From Candidatus Hydrogenedentales bacterium (GTDB taxonomy: Bacteria; Hydrogenedentota; Hydrogenedentia; Hydrogenedentales; GCA-2746185): a stretch of DNA of 64,000 bases. The position numbers were made by a program, and so were the translations under genes. Below are positions 62,397-64,000 of this stretch, piece by piece. The notes under the pieces are model-generated. The model ran no database searches. It saw nothing but the letters and a program-made list of their open reading frames with translations, and was not told where the DNA came from. The DNA is taken from NCBI GenBank assembly GCA_038916785.1, contig JBCLBO010000010.1, forward strand, positions 2,933-66,932. Direction: 5' to 3'. Numbering within the stretch: position 1 is the first letter of the stretch; each line of letters opens with the position of its first letter.

Positions 62397-64000
62397 TCAC
62401 AATGCTCTTGATCTTTCTAGCTGCGTCTCGAAGTTTTCTTCGGTCGTCACCGGATCGCGGAAGGCCGTCCAGTCCGCCGCGCGCCACAGCCGCGCCGTCC
62501 CCTTGCTCGTCGTGGTCACGATCGTCCGCCCGTCTGGACTCCACGTCGCGTAGTACAAGTCCTCGCCTGCTTCCAGCCGCAGCTCGGCCAGCAACTGCCC
62601 TTGCAGGTTCCACACCCGCGTCACGTTGTCCAGGCACGTCGTGAGGATTCGCGCGCCGTCCGGGCTGAATTGCGCGCCCATGACGCCGCCCGCGTGGCCG
62701 CTCATCGTGGCCAGGAGTTCGCCCGTATCCACACGCCACAGCCGCGCCGTGTTGTCTGCCGACGCCGTCACTACCGTGCGTGAATCCGCCGAGAACTCCG
62801 CGGACCGCAGGATATACGTGTGCCCCTCGAGCGACCTTAGAAACTTCCCCGTGCGGCCGTCCCAGAGCCGTGCCGTCCGATCCGCCGACGTCGTCACAAT
62901 GCGCGATCCATCCGGGCTGAAATTCGTGTGGATGACCGGCCCTTCGTGGCCCTGCAGTTCCGCCACCACCGCCCCAGTCTCCGCGCTGAACAGGGTCACG
63001 AATCCCTCTAGGTGGGGAGTGATTAGCAGGAAGTGTCCATCCGGACTGAAGGTGTTTCGATAACTCCACCCGCTCTGATTTTTCGCCTTGCACAGTACCC
63101 GGCCCGAGGGAAGCTCGAATACGCTCACCTCGCCCGGGGCCGTCGTCAGCGCCACGCGCCGGCTGTCCGCCGAGAAACACTGCTTATCGAGCACACCCGC
63201 GCTAGTCCGCACCCCGGGTCCGCGCGCCCCGCCGGCGAAATTCTCCGGAAGATTGGACTCGACCTCGAGGATGCGCTCGCCCGTCCGAAGGTCCCACACG
63301 CGCCACATGCGGTCGTACGCGATAGTAGCAAGGTACTTATCGTCCGGACTCACGCTCATGCCGACGATTTCGGCTTTGTGCGCGGAGAGTTCTCGAATCA
63401 CCTGGAGTGATCGCGTGTCCGTGATTTGCACCGTCCCATCAAACGACGCCGTGACCAATTGTCCACCGTCCGACGTAAACGCGGCGAGAAAGACCACGTC
63501 GGCGTGGTGCCTCACCACGTCTTCGGATTGCGCCGCGCTTCGCGACGGCGCGAACACGCGAATGCTGCCATCCTCTTCAGGCACTGCGATCAGCGCGCCG
63601 TCCGCACTGAAGGCGCCAGGTTTGTCCCCTCTCAGTGGGCCGCACGGCGTGACCAGCGTAAAAATCGTATCAAAAAAGAGGTGAACGTCGTCGATTCTCC
63701 GGTAGAGAATGGATGTGCCATCCGCCGACCAAAGATTCGGATGTAGCATAGGGGAGCGCCGACTGCCATAGGAGTAAATTTCCACGCCGGTATCAGTGTC
63801 CCAGATCATGGTGGCGCTCAGCGAGGCGGACCAGCTTATCACGCTGCGCCCGTTGGGGCTGATCCTGCCCGAAATAAAGCCTTCCGTCGCGGGGCCACGG
63901 ACCGTGCGAATCACCTCTCCCGTCGCATAGTCCCATACCACCACCCGATTGCCCGGCTCCGTGGTCATCACGTGCGTGGAGTCGGGCAGGAAGTAAGCGT
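62397..64000 (-). CDS. WD40-repeat protein, 5' end beyond window edge
   Basis: More than 12 WD40-like units (e.g. GHEGPVIHTNFSPDGSRIVTTSADRTARLWD). The frame stays open upstream of the GTG at 63971 to the window end (..AYFLPDSTHVMTTEPGNRVVVWD). Confidence 0.8.
   Translation of the reverse strand, partial: AYFLPDSTHVMTTEPGNRVVVWDYATGEVIRTVRGPATEGFISGRISPNGRSVISWSASLSATMIWDTDTGVEIYSYGSRRSPMLHPNLWSADGTSILYRRIDDVHLFFDTIFTLVTPCGPLRGDKPGAFSADGALIAVPEEDGSIRVFAPSRSAAQSEDVVRHHADVVFLAAFTSDGGQLVTASFDGTVQITDTRSLQVIRELSAHKAEIVGMSVSPDDKYLATIAYDRMWRVWDLRTGERILEVESNLPENFAGGARGPGVRTSAGVLDKQCFSADSRRVALTTAPGEVSVFELPSGRVLCKAKNQSGWSYRNTFSPDGHFLLITPHLEGFVTLFSAETGAVVAELQGHEGPVIHTNFSPDGSRIVTTSADRTARLWDGRTGKFLRSLEGHTYILRSAEFSADSRTVVTASADNTARLWRVDTGELLATMSGHAGGVMGAQFSPDGARILTTCLDNVTRVWNLQGQLLAELRLEAGEDLYYATWSPDGRTIVTTTSKGTARLWRAADWTAFRDPVTTEENFETQLERSRAL

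Noticed and set aside
62131-63180. 349-aa minus-strand ORF
   Set aside because: Most of it is an alternative frame of the WD40 gene and looks artefactual. Only its last ~45 codons (the kinase-like GTPDYLSPEQ segment) appear meaningful, and these are reported as part of the pseudogene at 61851-62396.

Overview
GC-rich, densely coding bacterial chromosome segment. DUF1559-type prepilin proteins, a PVC-type heme-binding/HEAT protein, WD40 and kinase remnants, and an ACIII plus caa3 oxidase cluster suggest a PVC-superphylum / Planctomycetota-like organism; this is inference from content only. I call about 60 protein genes, mostly housekeeping or metabolic. (1) 1-12.2 kb: respiratory cluster actBCDEF (actB cut by the window edge), a small membrane protein, SCO1, then coxB (caa3-type), coxA, coxC and a subunit IV-like gene. 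(2) 12-36 kb: a large membrane protein, ComEA, NUDIX, MDR and SDR oxidoreductases, TPR, VOC, SnoaL-like, myo-inositol oxygenase, YpdA-like flavoprotein, cytochrome P460, ComB-like phosphatase, double thioredoxin-like protein, EF-G paralog, amidohydrolase, PVC-type heme-binding protein, two DUF1559 genes (one decayed) and DUF4159. (3) 36-64 kb: tandem acyl-CoA ligase paralogs, APS/PAPS reductase, OsmC, a LolA-like/TlpA fusion, queE-queD-queF, GT2 plus methyltransferase, iPGM, two pilin genes (the promoter-proximal one, 49421-49882, preceded by a sigma54-type promoter), quinone oxidoreductase, dienelactone hydrolase, GNAT, an MNT/HEPN toxin-antitoxin pair, S9 peptidase, ICMT-like methyltransferase, RecQ, an IPMDH-family dehydrogenase and WD40 genes. 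I saw no rRNA, tRNA, CRISPR array or intact transposase. I did not find a convincing new multi-gene system. The unusual content is non-coding or gene decay: at least five families of short palindromic REP-like repeats at gene ends, some donating stop codons; a MITE-like 36-bp inverted-repeat element; an internally deleted IS4-family relic with an 11-bp direct repeat; a diverged 51-nt echo of a CDS 3' end behind a repeat; several homopolymer-linked frame disruptions (G8 before the expected iPGM stop, A6/T5 in a DUF6883-like relic); and decayed DUF1559, GNAT and kinase-WD40 genes. All coordinates and motifs were read by eye from the sequence and ORF track. All family assignments are motif recognition, not database searches.
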